In this document: positions 41,420 through 54,215 of the stretch, piece after piece
How positions within the stretch are numbered: the stretch's first letter is position 1
How the letters are laid out: the number at the start of each line of letters is the position of its first letter
From: Camelus dromedarius
Taxonomy: Eukaryota
DNA: 64,000 nt
Assembly: GCF_036321535.1 (NCBI RefSeq)
Contig: NC_087436.1
Location: 40,736,001 to 40,800,000, forward strand
Direction of reading: 5' to 3'
Translations under genes and position numbers: made by a program
Notes under the pieces: generated by a model
Told to the model about the DNA's origin: nothing
The model's database searches: none
The model's input: only the letters and a program-made list of their open reading frames with translations

Positions 41420-42536
41420 TTTAATTGTAGTCAAATTACAATGTTGTGTAAATATCTGGTGTACAGTATAATGTTTCTGCCATACATATACATACATATA
41501 TTCCTTTTCATATTCTTTTTCATTATAGATTACTTCAAGATATTTAATATAATTCCCTGTGCTATACAAAAGAAACTTGTTGTTTATCTATTTTATATAT
41601 AGTAGTCAGTATCTGTAGATCTCAAACTGCCAATTTATCCATTCCCACCTTCATTTTCCCCTGGTAACCAAAAGTTTGTTTTCTATGTCTGTGTGTCTGT
41701 TTCTGCTTTGTAAATAAGTTCATTTGTCATTGCTTTAGATTTCAAATATAAGTGATATCATACAGTATTTTTCTTTCCCTTTTTGGCTTACTTCACTTAG
41801 AATGACAATCTCCAGGTCATTCCTTATTGCTGCAGATGACATTATTTTATTCTTTTTACATGGCTGCGTGAGTATTATTCCATTGTATATATATACCACA
41901 ACTCGTTTATCCAGTCATCTTCTGATGGACATTTAGGTTGCTTCCACGTCTTGGTTATTGTGTGTGTGTGTGTATATATATATTATAGTATATATAATTG
42001 TATATATTGTATACTGCTTGTCTTGGCTATTGTATAATTGTGTGTGTGTGTGTGTATGTGTGTATATAGTATGCTGCTGTGAACATTGGGGTGCAGGTGT
42101 CTTTTTGAATTAGAGCTTCCTCTGGATATATGTCCCAAAGTGGGATTGCTGGATCATATTGTAAGTCTATTTTTAGTTTTTTTAAGGAATTTCCATACTA
42201 TTTTCCATAATGGCTGCACCAAACTACATTCCAACCAAAAGTTTAGGAGGGTTCCCTTTTCTTCACCCCCTCTCCAGCATTTATCTTTTGTAGACTCTTT
42301 AATGATGACCATTTTGCCTGGTGTGACACCTCATTGTAGTTTTGACTTGCATTTCTCTGATAATTAGCAATACTGACCATTTTTTCATGACCATTTGTAT
42401 GTCTTCATTAGAGAATTGTTTGTTAGGTCTTCTGCTCATTTTTGGATTAGGTTGTTTGTTTTCTGTTACTAAGTTGTATGAACTGTTTGTATACTTTAGA
42501 AATTAAGCCCTTGTCAGTCTCATCATTTGCAAGTAC
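41420..42536 (-). mobile_element. 5'-truncated lineage-specific L1 with 13-bp TSD
   Basis: Perfect TSD CAAGGCTATTTTT at 41407-41419 and 42537-42549. L1 endonuclease-type TTTT/AA site. ORF2-end and 3'UTR sequence on the minus strand. Confidence 0.92.
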
Positions 42537-43177
42537 CAAGGCTATTTTTAAAACCATTGTTACTGTTGATGTCGTAGAATGAAAAATGGGTTGAAATTTT
42601 TAAGCAACCAGTAGTATGTATCTAAGAAGTGTGAAACTTTAATGTGAAAATTTTCTTTCAGTAAAAAGGACTGAAGATTACAACTCTATTTCAAGCTTAA
42701 ATCTGGTTTAATAGGTTTATGTTAGTCTTAATATTTTGAATTACAAACACTAGCTCTGATTTCTTGAAGTATATGAAATTCTAAGTAAATATGGACTATG
42801 GGTGGTTTTCTTTCAGAAAAAAAGAGAATGTAACCTTTAATGTTTTGTCTTATCAAAAATATATTTTTCAATATATATTTATATATAATATATCTAATAA
42901 ATATGAAATAAATATAATGAGGATATAATTTATATATTTTAATAAATTTTTAAATAATTTAGGTTTAAATGGTTTTCCTATGATCTCATTTGATTTCACA
43001 GTTTGATAATTGTATTTATACATCTAGAAAGGCATAGTAATCTTTCTTCTGTATAGTTTAAATGTATAGTACAAATTTCCAAAGAAAATAAATTTTCTAT
43101 CTACTCAATATAGATTCCCTAACGGCAAGTACAAATTAAAAACAAAAGGTTTAATTCTCTTTGTTGAAAATAAGAAA

Positions 43178-43380
43178 CTAACTACTATATATCAAACAGC
43201 TAAACAATAAGGAATTACTGTATAGCACAGGGAACTATATTCAGTAACTTGTAATGGCCTATAATGAAAAAGAATATGAAAACAAACACACACACACACA
43301 CATATATAGCTATAATGAATCACTATGCTGTCACCAGAAACACAACATTGTAAATCAACCATACTTCAATTAAAAAAAAA
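43178..43380 (+). mobile_element. Short L1 3' end with poly(A) and near-TSD
   Basis: TACTGTATAGCACAGGGAACTATATTCAG...CTTCAATTAAAAAAAA, flanked by AAAATAAGAAA / AAAATAAGGAAA. Confidence 0.85.
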
Positions 43381-43394
43381 AAAATAAGGAAAGA

Positions 43395-44012
43395 GACGTC
43401 CTTTCCCTATCTTTTATTAGAATATTTACTTTAAAATTGGAAGTTTTTTTTCTCTGTTTGATATGTGTATAAATCTTTTTAAAAGTTAAATATGCCTTTT
43501 ACCAGCTTTAAGACCCAGGAATAACTTTCTCTAGGACCTGTGACCTGAAAATTATCTCTTTGAATTGTTAACATCAAAGAAGATAGTGCCCCTATCAGTT
43601 TCTGTGGGAGGGTAGGAGCCTAATTTCAGTGAGCCCCTTGTTCTAAGTTGCAAAGTTAACTCCTATCAGAAGAAGTTTATTTTTCTTTTGGATAAAGCCT
43701 ATTAGTTAACATAGATGTTCACGCCAATTACCAGGTGAATTTAGGATGAACTATGTCTGACAAATAGTGCTGTCAAGTCCTCTTAGTTGAGAACTAATTA
43801 TTGTTTTTCTTGAGAATATGTATGTAATGACTTGATCTACTTCTGCATACAAGAGTGAGATTTCTTTCTGTCTTCCAATCTCTTTAGCGGTTGCCAGTGA
43901 TGTGCTTCACATTCTGGTTAACTGCTTATGCAATCTTAAAATTATTTTCTCTCTCCTTTACATTTGTAGGAGGTATTCTGGGTTGAGAGACTTTTTTTTT
44001 TTTAACACTACA
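43395..44012 (+). mobile_element. ERV1 solo LTR (MER34-like)
   Basis: TTTCTGTGGGAGGGTAGGAGCCTAA...CAATTACCAGGTGAATTTAGGATGAACTATG...GCTGTCAAGTCCTCTTA resembles MER34. Confidence 0.7.
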
Positions 44013-46854
44013 TGTCTCAAACAATTCTTAACTACGATAAATTTTCTACTGTTACTATTTTGGTAGGTTTTACGTGTATAAAACACACACATAAAACAAT
44101 GGTATATTATCTATATTTCTAAACTTAAAATTTTTTTTCTTTTTTTGAGAAATGCATCATTTTTCTCATCAATCTTAATATAAATTATAGTATTATATAG
44201 AGATATAATGTTACAATAGCCCCATGAGTTAATGTTTTTTATAGAATACATATTGATACATTAATTTTATTACAAGTACATTATATATTAAATATATTAT
44301 TGAATCTAAAAGATACTATGTATAGCTAACAAATTATTATCATTTTTTATTATTTACTTATTTCATTTTAGCATAATGGAAATGTTTCATGCTAATGTTC
44401 ATTTTAACATTTCATTTCAAAATTCTATCAACAGTTTGACTTTCTAAAAATTATATTCCTTTTGCTAAATTAAACTTTGACACATTTTGACTTTCAAACA
44501 TCATATTTGAATCTAATTAGCAATAAATCTCTTATAACACCTAATCTGTATATGAGGTTTTTGTTTTTCCCACCAAGAATTTTTTTTCAAGAGAAACACC
44601 ACTCTTTTTCTGGGGTATTGGTTTTAACCTATGAAATTTTTATTGTTTTGATGTCAATTAGTTCATAGACGAAAACATATTTCCTTAGGTACATTTATTT
44701 AAGTTTTTGAATTTTTCTTATATTTTAATTGTTTTATCCTTCTAACATATTCTTCACTGCCTATTTTATTTATGTATAGGCATCCTTTAACATTTTCCCT
44801 CTTATTTTTCTTTAATATGTGGGATTTTTTTTCTGTGCAGCTACTGTTCACTTACATATTCCCGTTTCTCTTTCTAGGTAATTCCAAATAGCGTATCAGT
44901 GAGTTGGATTATTTTACTATTTTCTCATCATGTTTGTCTACCCAGTCTTTTTTTTTCCTCCTTTCTTGCTCTTATTTTTCATTATTTCTACATTTGATTA
45001 TATCAAAATTTCCAGTAAAGAACTGCTCAACTGTGTAAATGTTGGCATGTTTTCAAAAAGATAAAATTAAGCACCAGAAAAATTTTTCAGAGGAGCATGG
45101 GACACATGCATAGGGATATCTACTGCTATATATATATTTTAGCAAATAGCAGAAAGGTACCTAGAAATCTATTATGAGGACAATGTGAAGTTGTATTTGT
45201 TATATGTGTGTAACAGGGTACTTTGTCATGATTAGAACAAATGGACTATTTGTATATATTGAATTCGGACACATACAAAAAACATGTGAATTTAAATTTA
45301 AAAACCAAGAAAAGTATATAGCAAAATCTGCTTCTAAACATGAAAACATTAATTAATTGTCCATAGTGTCATAAACATACATATAAGAAAATAAACCCAG
45401 GCAGTGGATTAAAAAAAAACATATTTAAACCTTAAACATGAACGTTTATGTAAATGGTCCTAGGGTCAAGGGATGAAAGTCAAAGGTAACAGCACAATAA
45501 ATTAACAAAGAAAAATCATTAGTAAATAACATTTTTGTTATTGTGAAGCCATTAGTCTGATTAACTCAATCCTGTGCTTCTGAATACTAAATAAATTAAC
45601 AGCACATAGTAAAAAGTACATTTTATTTGGCTTTATTCAATGCTTAAGAATTTTTACTTTAATTGTTCTTATATGCACATTTTTCATCTACTCTTACCAA
45701 CTGGAAAGAGGAGACGAGTATTTTACTTGTTTACCCATTAGACCTACAGCGCTTTTTCTTTACCTTCCTCTCCTACAGCCACTTCACTGAATTCATGTGG
45801 ATAAATCTCATAGTGGCTTTTATTTTACTCTTTTTTTTCCTTCTCGAGCCTTGTATCTAGGAACCATAGGCCTAACAAGGTCTTTTACTAGAAAAGTCTG
45901 AATCAGTCTGTGGTACTTTTTGAGGCTAGTAGTACTTTTGAGATAACTTTTCAAAGACAGACTAGAGACCAAGCAGATACAGAATTAGAAACATAAACTT
46001 CATAATTCAGATATTAACAAAACAGTGCATTACAATATGTAACGTATCAAACCCAATTACTCTTGTAAATGGAGTAGAGAGGATTTGTAAAATAGCAGTG
46101 CAGATTTTTCTGAGTAGATATATGCTTTTAAAACAAATATAATCTGGAAGATTTCCATTCCCCACTCTTAGGAATCTGAACCAGATAAATAGGCTTTCTG
46201 AGCCTCCAAACTTTGCAGTTATGTTTTCCAGCTTAAAAAAAAAATAAACAAGGCCATGCTTGTCTCCCCATTGCATGAGAGGTCCACAAAGATCATCCTA
46301 CACTTAAACCACAAAAATTATGTTCTACAGGGATCTTACCAGGCATTTAAACCAGAGTCACAAGGACAGTTTCAAATAAAGCTTCAATTCCTTGTTTAAG
46401 TTTTTCTAACAAATACTTCAAAGGAATTTCAGAATCCATGTATCCATAAAGTATGTCTTCTGATCTTAGATAGGAAGGTAGCAACTTTATATCCTTGTCC
46501 ATCACCAACCTCATAGCTATTCCAACAGGCTTGATGTTGGAACGTGTACTTGACAGCTGGGGGACAGACTAGTGATTTGAGAGAATGGTCTATCTGCTAT
46601 TCAGCACATCCTTGTCATAGTATCCACTCTGCCTACTGCTCAATTCCATTGGAATAAATGGCAAACATCTGCTCCAAACAACCTAAGCATTCCCACAAAA
46701 TTAAACAAGTTTCTACAGAGAAGCAGAACACACTCCAAGGAATGCCAGGCCTTTTGACTGGATTTTATTTTGCCCACTTCTTAGTTGCCATCAAGTTTGT
46801 CACATTTCTGTTGGTCACTCAGCACAAAGGTCAGTAATAAACAATGACACTTAC

Positions 46855-46949
46855 CTTAGAAGAAACACAGTCTTTAAATTGGATAGGATGGTCAGATTCC
46901 ATAATTCTCTTTAAGGGATATGTCCTCCTCATAATGAAAGCAGGAGCTT
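46855..46949 (-). CDS. Internal coding exon (95 nt) of an unidentified large minus-strand gene
   Basis: Long poly-T tract plus TTTCAG acceptor and consensus AAG|GTAAGT donor. Only one of three frames is open: (x)APAFIMRRTYPLKRIMESDHPIQFKDCVSSK, phase 1 in, phase 0 out. Non-repeat context. Confidence 0.75.
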
Positions 46950-48136
46950 CTGAAAGTATTAAAAAAAAAAAAAAAACAAAACTAAGAACTTAGTCAATTT
47001 AAAAAAATGAATCCAAAACTACACATACACTAAGCTCATAAAATATCATGTGTCAAGATGCTTCTATTCGTATGACCTCCATCAGGTCCTGTCACTTCAA
47101 ATAAGTCTGTGTGACATCTAAAAGTTTTAAAAGTGATGTGTTGTTGTTATTGTTGTGATGGTGGCAATGGGACAGTTTTGTATAATTTTTGATGGATTTC
47201 CTTTCCTCAGGATGCTTCATTATATAACCTCTTTGGTGCAATAAACACAGGCACTGGCAAAAGAAGACATGTTTTCTATAAAAAGTGCCCCCATAGTTCT
47301 CAGTGTTCTACAAATACTTTCATTTTCCTTTAGAATGACCTCTTTTCTTTTTCACCCTTTATGTCTATATTGCTTTAGTGTCATCAAAAGTTCAATGCAT
47401 ATTGGCTTTTGTGCATCAAGAGAGCTGTTTCACACAGACCACTGAGGTGTCTTGCTCACCTCATTGATTTGTAGAAACACTGTACAAATCGATGTAGAAT
47501 ATTGGAAGAGTAGGGCTGACTTTATTTTTGAACGTAAATGATACCAGGAAGGGAGGATAGTGTATGAAGCATAGACTTCAACCACAGAGCATGAATGAAG
47601 GAAAAATTATCCAGTTATCAAGTAAAATAATCTTTTAAGAGACTGAAAGAATGAAAGTGAGAAGAGTAAGATACATTTCAAAATTTCAGTAGAACAAATT
47701 CAAATCTGGAGGAAAGTATGTCTCCTGAGGGAATGACACAGACTCAAACTAGTTTTAATTATCAATAAATGTTAACTGTATCTACAGGAATATAGTATAA
47801 TAAATGGATGGTACACAAATGTACAAACATTCCCCTCCTTTGAATTAGCCAAATAATATTTGTGAACATACGTGTTTGTATATGTGTTCGTATAAACTGT
47901 AAAATTAAGATATTACCTTTAAGGCTTTTAAAGTTTATAATTTATCATATACATACACGATATATATTTATACACTCACATATAAAGTATAAGTTTCTAC
48001 TTAACTTTTTTTTCCTTCCAGCTTTTGGTGCTAAAAAAAACCTGATACTTTTTTATGCTTATACTTTATATGTCTGCTCTGGCCAGTGACTGAAAGCTCT
48101 ATTCTGGAGACAGACATATCTGGTTGATTTCATAAA

Positions 48137-48616
48137 TCTATTAGTTCTCTATACCTGTGCTAAAACATTACCACAGCCTTGGAACCTTAAAACAACAGAA
48201 TGCTTTTTCTCTCACAACTCTGAAGACCAGAAGTCCACAATTAGTATCACTGGACCGAAGCTGTAGTGTCAGAAGGGCTGTGCTCTCTGGGGAGGTTCTA
48301 GGGGAGAATATGCTCCTTGTATCTTCCAGCTTCGGGGGGCTGCTGGATCTCCTTGGCTTGCAGTCACATCACTTCAGTCTCTGCTTTGTGGTTACATCAC
48401 ACATTCCTCTGTGCGTCAGTGTGTAATATACCTCTCTGCATCCCTCTTATAAGGATACGGGTGATTGCACTTGGGATAATTCAGGATAAAGTCTCCATGC
48501 CAGTCTCCTTTATGTAATACATCTGCAAAGGCCCTCCTTTTTGTTAAAGTCGCATTCACAGAGTCCAGGGAATGGGAGGTGTGTATCCTTTGGAGGGACA
48601 TTTTTCAGCCCACCAC
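48137..48616 (-). mobile_element. MaLR LTR (MLT1-family)
   Basis: ATTACCACAGCCTTGGAACCTTAAAACAACAGAA...ACATCTGCAAAGGCCC...GGACATTTTTCAGCCCACCAC is reverse MLT1. Confidence 0.85.
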
Positions 48617-48619
48617 TTC

Positions 48620-48800
48620 CACTAACCAGCTAAATCACCTTCGGAAAGTTACTCAAACTTTCTAAACCTTAGTGCTTTTCTCTCTAAAGTGCTAAAAATT
48701 AAAGTGTTTACCTAATACAGATGACTAGTAAAAGAAAGAATACAAAGCATTAAATGCATTACTTGACACATGATATATACCAGTAAGTATTGCCTATCGT
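48620..48800 (+). mobile_element. MIR SINE
   Basis: CCTTCGGAAAGTTACTCAAACTTTCTAAACCTTAGTGCTTTTCTCTCTAAAGTG is the MIR core. Confidence 0.65.
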
Positions 48801-51800
48801 TGGCAATATCATCCTCGCTCCATTGCCTTTTTCCACTAATATCAGTTCTTACTCAACAGCAAGCAGTAAGTTAATATTTTGAATAAATTATTTCATAGGT
48901 TCTATTCATTTTCTGTTCTATTTTTCCTCTATTCAGTTTTGTCAGTAAAATTAAACGGCCACTTAATCTGGAAACTAGATACTGAACGACTCACAAAGAA
49001 ATTTTAAGATCTGTCTTATGCAAATGTGGAGAATACCTTGGACCCTCTAGTTGAAAATTTCCACTTTGTTTTACTATATAGATACAATTAATTTTTATGC
49101 ATTTATATATTTAAACAGACAAAATTAAACACTGAATATTTTTCTAGATTATGCATCAAATATTTTCTAAATAGAAGCTGAATGACCAATTCAACTTTAT
49201 GAAGAAAATGCTACTTTCTCTAAAAAAGTATTTTATATTAATATTCCACAAAAGAAAAAAGAAACAATTCATCTGTTACAAACAACACATTAAGTTTCAA
49301 TACTAAATACATAATTTGTGTTACTATCCTTAATAATTTTATAGGGGGGGTTGTTTGAATTCATGCTAGTAGTTAAGAGTAATAGTTTAACATTTTGTTT
49401 CATTTCATAATTTTTGAACAAGTAAAACTTTTAAAATTTCTACTAATGAAAAAAAACATTTTGAATATTTCAATATTTTGTATACAAGAAAGCCTGGAAA
49501 CAAATGTAATTTTAAAATTCCCACAATGTTAGAGAGTTTAGCAGATTCACTGAACTAAAAAATGAAAACAACTCTAAAACAATTACTTTGGTTAGAATGC
49601 CCCATTTCCTGATAGGAGAAATTGAAACTCATGCCTTGGTTAACAATCTCACAATATTGACAATTAACATTTATAACTATGTGAATATAAAACAGACTTT
49701 CTAAATGTTTACATATTATGATACATTTGGAGTTAACTCTAGACAAAAGTAATTTTGCTTTGATTTTCAACAGGGCTTCTCCAAACACAATGGTATTTGA
49801 ATCATTACTTCATATTTAAGAACTACATATGTAAGAAAACACATTTCTCTGGAGGTTGGCTGCATGTGTGTAGTGGGCGAGGACAGTGAGGGAGAGCAGA
49901 AATGCATGTTTGACAAATTAAATTAGAGTCTTTAGAACATAATACACACATAAACATCCATGTGTGTATGAATGCAAACAGTACATGAAGGAAACAATCA
50001 AATCATGAAAGCATGCTTTAAGACAATGTGTTTCCTAAGGTGAAATTGTGATTGGCTATACACGTTTCACCTTATGGGAAAATGTGGAGACTGACACCTG
50101 GTGAGAGTGTCAGCGGTGGCAGCTGTGATCTGGGAAAAGTCAAGTACAGCTGTGACTGCCCAGAAAACTGGCCAGATGTACATGGTGTCATCTGAAAGAT
50201 GCTTATCTTCATCCAGAACAAAACAGAAAAATATGTTTATAAACTATAAAAGTAATAGAAATTTGATAAAATTGTTGGCTCATATTATTGCTCATAAATG
50301 CAATAATAAAAGTGTTACTTTAGAAGACATTTGAATTATTTAGATAAAAAATGAAGAAATCCTATAGGACAAATCCTTTAGAAATCCGAAAAAAATACTA
50401 GGTTGTAAAAAAATCTGGCACTGATACTGAAATAGATGTTAGAGTATGTACAAATGGTGACAAAGTAAACTTTTTATTAAAAACTGATTTTAAATGAATA
50501 ATTTATACATAAGGTGAAGATATTATATGTATCAAAAATCAAATTAAAACATGGATTAAATTGTAAAAGGTCTCTGTAAAAGATTTTAAGTGGACTAGAT
50601 TTTAATATGCTTATAAAATGGATGAAATCAGTTTCAGTTGAAATGTTTAAATACAGATCTTATAGAGGTTCATCATAAAACAAATACATTGCTTTGTATG
50701 ATTTTTTGCATAGGTGATAATTAGAAATATGAAACTATTCTAAGTTTGAGAGAGAAAATATCCCACAATTCTTTCAGCAGGTAGCAGGATGCCAGTCAAG
50801 ACTGGAATATAGCACAGGACATAAAGCTCAGAAAGACATCAAGACACAGCAGAGGCCCCTGGCAGGGTACCAAAACAATTCAGGAAAAGGGGGATAAGAT
50901 CAAAGCTTAATTACTAGACCCAGGACGGAGGGGGGACCACAAAGGGCTTGGAAATTCAGGCTGTGAAAAATAAAACACTGAGTGGCTGTGTTGTTTAGAG
51001 TTAGTTAAGGAACCCAATGCAAGCGTAAGACTGGGTGAGACAGAAAAACCTGACTGACTGAAGGTCTTGGAAGGGCCGTAAAGAGCAAAAATATTTTCTT
51101 CTTTTTCTTTGTTTAAATGGTTGAATCCAATGCATACAAAGTTTTCTTTTTAAAATGGTAAATAATTATAAAATTTTAAAGTCATCAGGTTAATCATATT
51201 TTTATTCATTTGACTATAATAATATATTACAATACCAGATAGTATATCATACTGTGTAGTATATATACAGTAATATTTCATGAAACACTCATTTAATTCA
51301 TATTTGAAAATTTTATAAAACGTTTACAAACTATTAGAGATGTTCAGATACTACTACACTTTAGCTTTTATTTTTAACTTGTAACTTCTAAAGAAAAATT
51401 ATTTAGGGAAGTGTGCTTAATTTTCATTGAACCCTCCTTAATAATTTGATCATTAATTTCATGTAAATCATGTAAAAAGAGCTTTACTAAATTAAAAGTG
51501 ATAGGATTCATTGACCTAAAAATCTCTAGCTGGCACGCATACTCATTAAAATATTATCACACATTCCTTATGTCAGCAAGTCTTCCAAGATATTTCATAT
51601 GGCATTTTGATGCTATGATTTTTTTTCCTATGTCAGAAAAGTGAATGTGCTCAGCAGTCTGAAAAAATGCATACTGAACACAGACATTCTAGCTGTTGCT
51701 TATTATCACATTCTGCTGAACCTGGAAAAGAGCAAGAAAGAACATTTGAAAAGCCGATGATAAAATAATCAAAGAGTAGGACATTTGGTAAGCTTTTGTT

Positions 51801-52024
51801 TTTAGAAACGTCGCTTTATTTCCAGTAATAATTTAACTGTTACTATTAAAATTTTATCACGTGATATTTGCAAAGTTTTTTATGACTTTAAAAACTCTAC
51901 GATTTGTCAAAATGTAGGCAGTTTTTCAACTGAGAATATACTTTACAGATAATATTAATTGATGTTTAAATCTATTGTTATTTTATTTTCCCAAACATAT
52001 TCTCTCTTATCTGAAATTAAGTTA

Positions 52025-52192
52025 TAAGACAGTAAGAGATAGGATTCTGGAAGCAAGAGGTTGCAGTGATCTGAAGAAAGAGTCATGAACCAAGGAATGA
52101 AGGCAGCCTCGAGACACTGAAAAAGACAAAAAAGGAATTCTTCCCCAGAGCCTCCGAGAGGAATGCAGCCCTGACCAACACCTTGGTTTTAT
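52025..52192 (+). mobile_element. MLT1 LTR fragment truncated at the L1 5' junction
   Basis: GAACCAAGGAATGAAGGCAGCCTC...CCCCAGAGCCTCCGAGAGGAATGCAGCCCTGACCAACACCTTGGTTTT. Confidence 0.8.
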
Positions 52193-52194
52193 CT

Positions 52195-54215
52195 GAGGGA
52201 CTAGGGCAGAGTGGCCAAGATGGTGGCATTGGAAGACCCTGAGCTCACCTCCTCCCATAGTCACACAAAAATCACAACTATTTACAGAGCAACTATCAAT
52301 GAAAACCACCTGAATAGTAAAAGAAAACTTTCCACAACTAAACATATAAAAAGGAGCCACAGCAAGATGGGTAGGAGGTGCAGAAACATGGTATAGTCAA
52401 GATCCACATTCTGGGGAGGGCAACCCACAAATGGGAGAGTAATCACAATTGCAGAGGTTCTCCCCAAGGAGCAAGGGGTTCAAGTCTCACATCAGGCTCT
52501 CCAGCCAGGGGTCCTGGATCAGGAAGATGAGCTCCTAGAACACATGGATTTGAAATCCAGTCAGGCTTGCACACAGACCCTGAGGGCTGTAGGAAACAGA
52601 GATACCATTCTTAAAGGGCACGTACAAAATCTCGCATACCCTGAGATCCAGTGCAGAGGGAATAATCTGAAAGGAACCTGCATCAAACACACTTGCTGTT
52701 CTTGGAGAACCTCTAGAAAGCAAGAAACAACTGAGAGTCCCCATGGGAAAAGACACTGGCGGTGACCATTTTGGGGATCACTTTCTACTACAAGGACAGT
52801 GGTGCTGGCAAGTACCATTTTGGAGTCCTCTCTCTAGCCTATTAGCACTAGAGGCTTCCCTGCCAACGAGTCAGTGGGCACAAGTCCCTGGACACCCTAG
52901 GCCCAGCAGACAGCTAAGTGGAAACCCAGCCCTAACCCACCACCATCAGGCCGACTCTACCCTTGTGCTCCCCCAGGCCCTCCAGCAAGCAGTCTAGTGA
53001 CCTGGCACTGCCAACCAATGGGCAGGGACTAGCCCAGACTCCAATGCCCTAGTGGCCTGCTGTGCTGAACTGACTCCATGCACCAGTGGACCAGCACCAG
53101 CCTGAGATCCCAGAGCCAGCTACCCAGGACCTGGGTCCACCAACCAGTACCAGGACTGGGACCTCCTCCTCCAGGTGCCACAGCCAGCTGCCCACAACCT
53201 GGCCTTGCCCATGAGTGCACCAAGACCAGACCCAGAACCCCCAGATGCTGCAGCCAGTGGTACCAGCACCCAGACCCACACACCATCAGTCCAGCACCAT
53301 TCCCCATAGGGGAACCTCTAGATCATTATAGCTATGATGACCAAGAGGAGTGTACTGCTGGGCCCCATAGGATGTCTCCTACATAAGGCCACATCTCCAA
53401 GATTGGGAAATGTGACCGATCTAACTAATGCACAGAAATAAAAACAGAGAATCAGGTAAAATAAGGCAAGAGAGGAGTATGTTCCAACTGAAAGAACAAT
53501 ATAAAAGCCTAGAAGAAGAACTAAGTGAACTGGAGATAAGCAGTCTATCTAATAAAGAGTTCAAGGTAATAAATCAAAGATGCTCAACAAACATGGGAGA
53601 AGAATGGATGAACACAGTAAGAAATATAACAGAGAGTTAGAAAATATAAAGAACCAAACAGAGCTGAAGAACACAGTAACTGAAATAAAAAATACACTAG
53701 AAGGAATCAACAGATTAAAAGATACCAAGAAACAGATCAGCAAACTGGAAGACAGAGTAGTAGAAATTACCCAAGCTAAACAGCAAAAAGAAAAAAAGAA
53801 TTAAAAAAAAATGAGAGAGTTAAGAGACTTCTGGGACAACATCTAGCATACTAATACATTATAGAGGTCCTAGAAGGAAAAGAGAAAGAAGGGGGCAGAG
53901 AAATTTATTTGAAATAATAATAATTGAAAACTTCCCTAATCTGAGGAAAAAAGCGCATTCAAGTCCAGGAAGCACAGAGAGTCCCAATAAAATCAACCCA
54001 AAAAGGTCTACACGAAGACACATGGTACTAAAATGGCAAAAATTAAAGACAAATACAGAATCTTAAAAGCAGCAAAGGAAAACCAACAAGTTACATAAAA
54101 GGGAGCTCCCACAAGACTGTCAGCTGACTTTTCAGCAGAATCTTTGCAGACCAGAAGTGGTACCATATATTTAAAATGATGAAAAGAAAAAGACTTACAG
54201 CCAAGAATGCCCTTT
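52195..54215 (+). mobile_element. L1 module A: 5'UTR plus 3'-truncated ORF1
   Basis: GC-rich 5'UTR opening with YY1-like CAAGATGGTGG and degenerate tandem repeats. ORF1 coiled-coil (ELKNTVTEIKNTLEGINRL...ISKLEDR), ENFPNL at ~53926, ends at LQPRM ~54195-54209. Confidence 0.85.

Noticed and set aside
52535..53386. Dense overlapping ORFs on both strands (possible ORF0-like antisense ORF)
   Set aside because: They lie in a GC-rich repetitive L1 5'UTR where stop codons are rare; no motif support.
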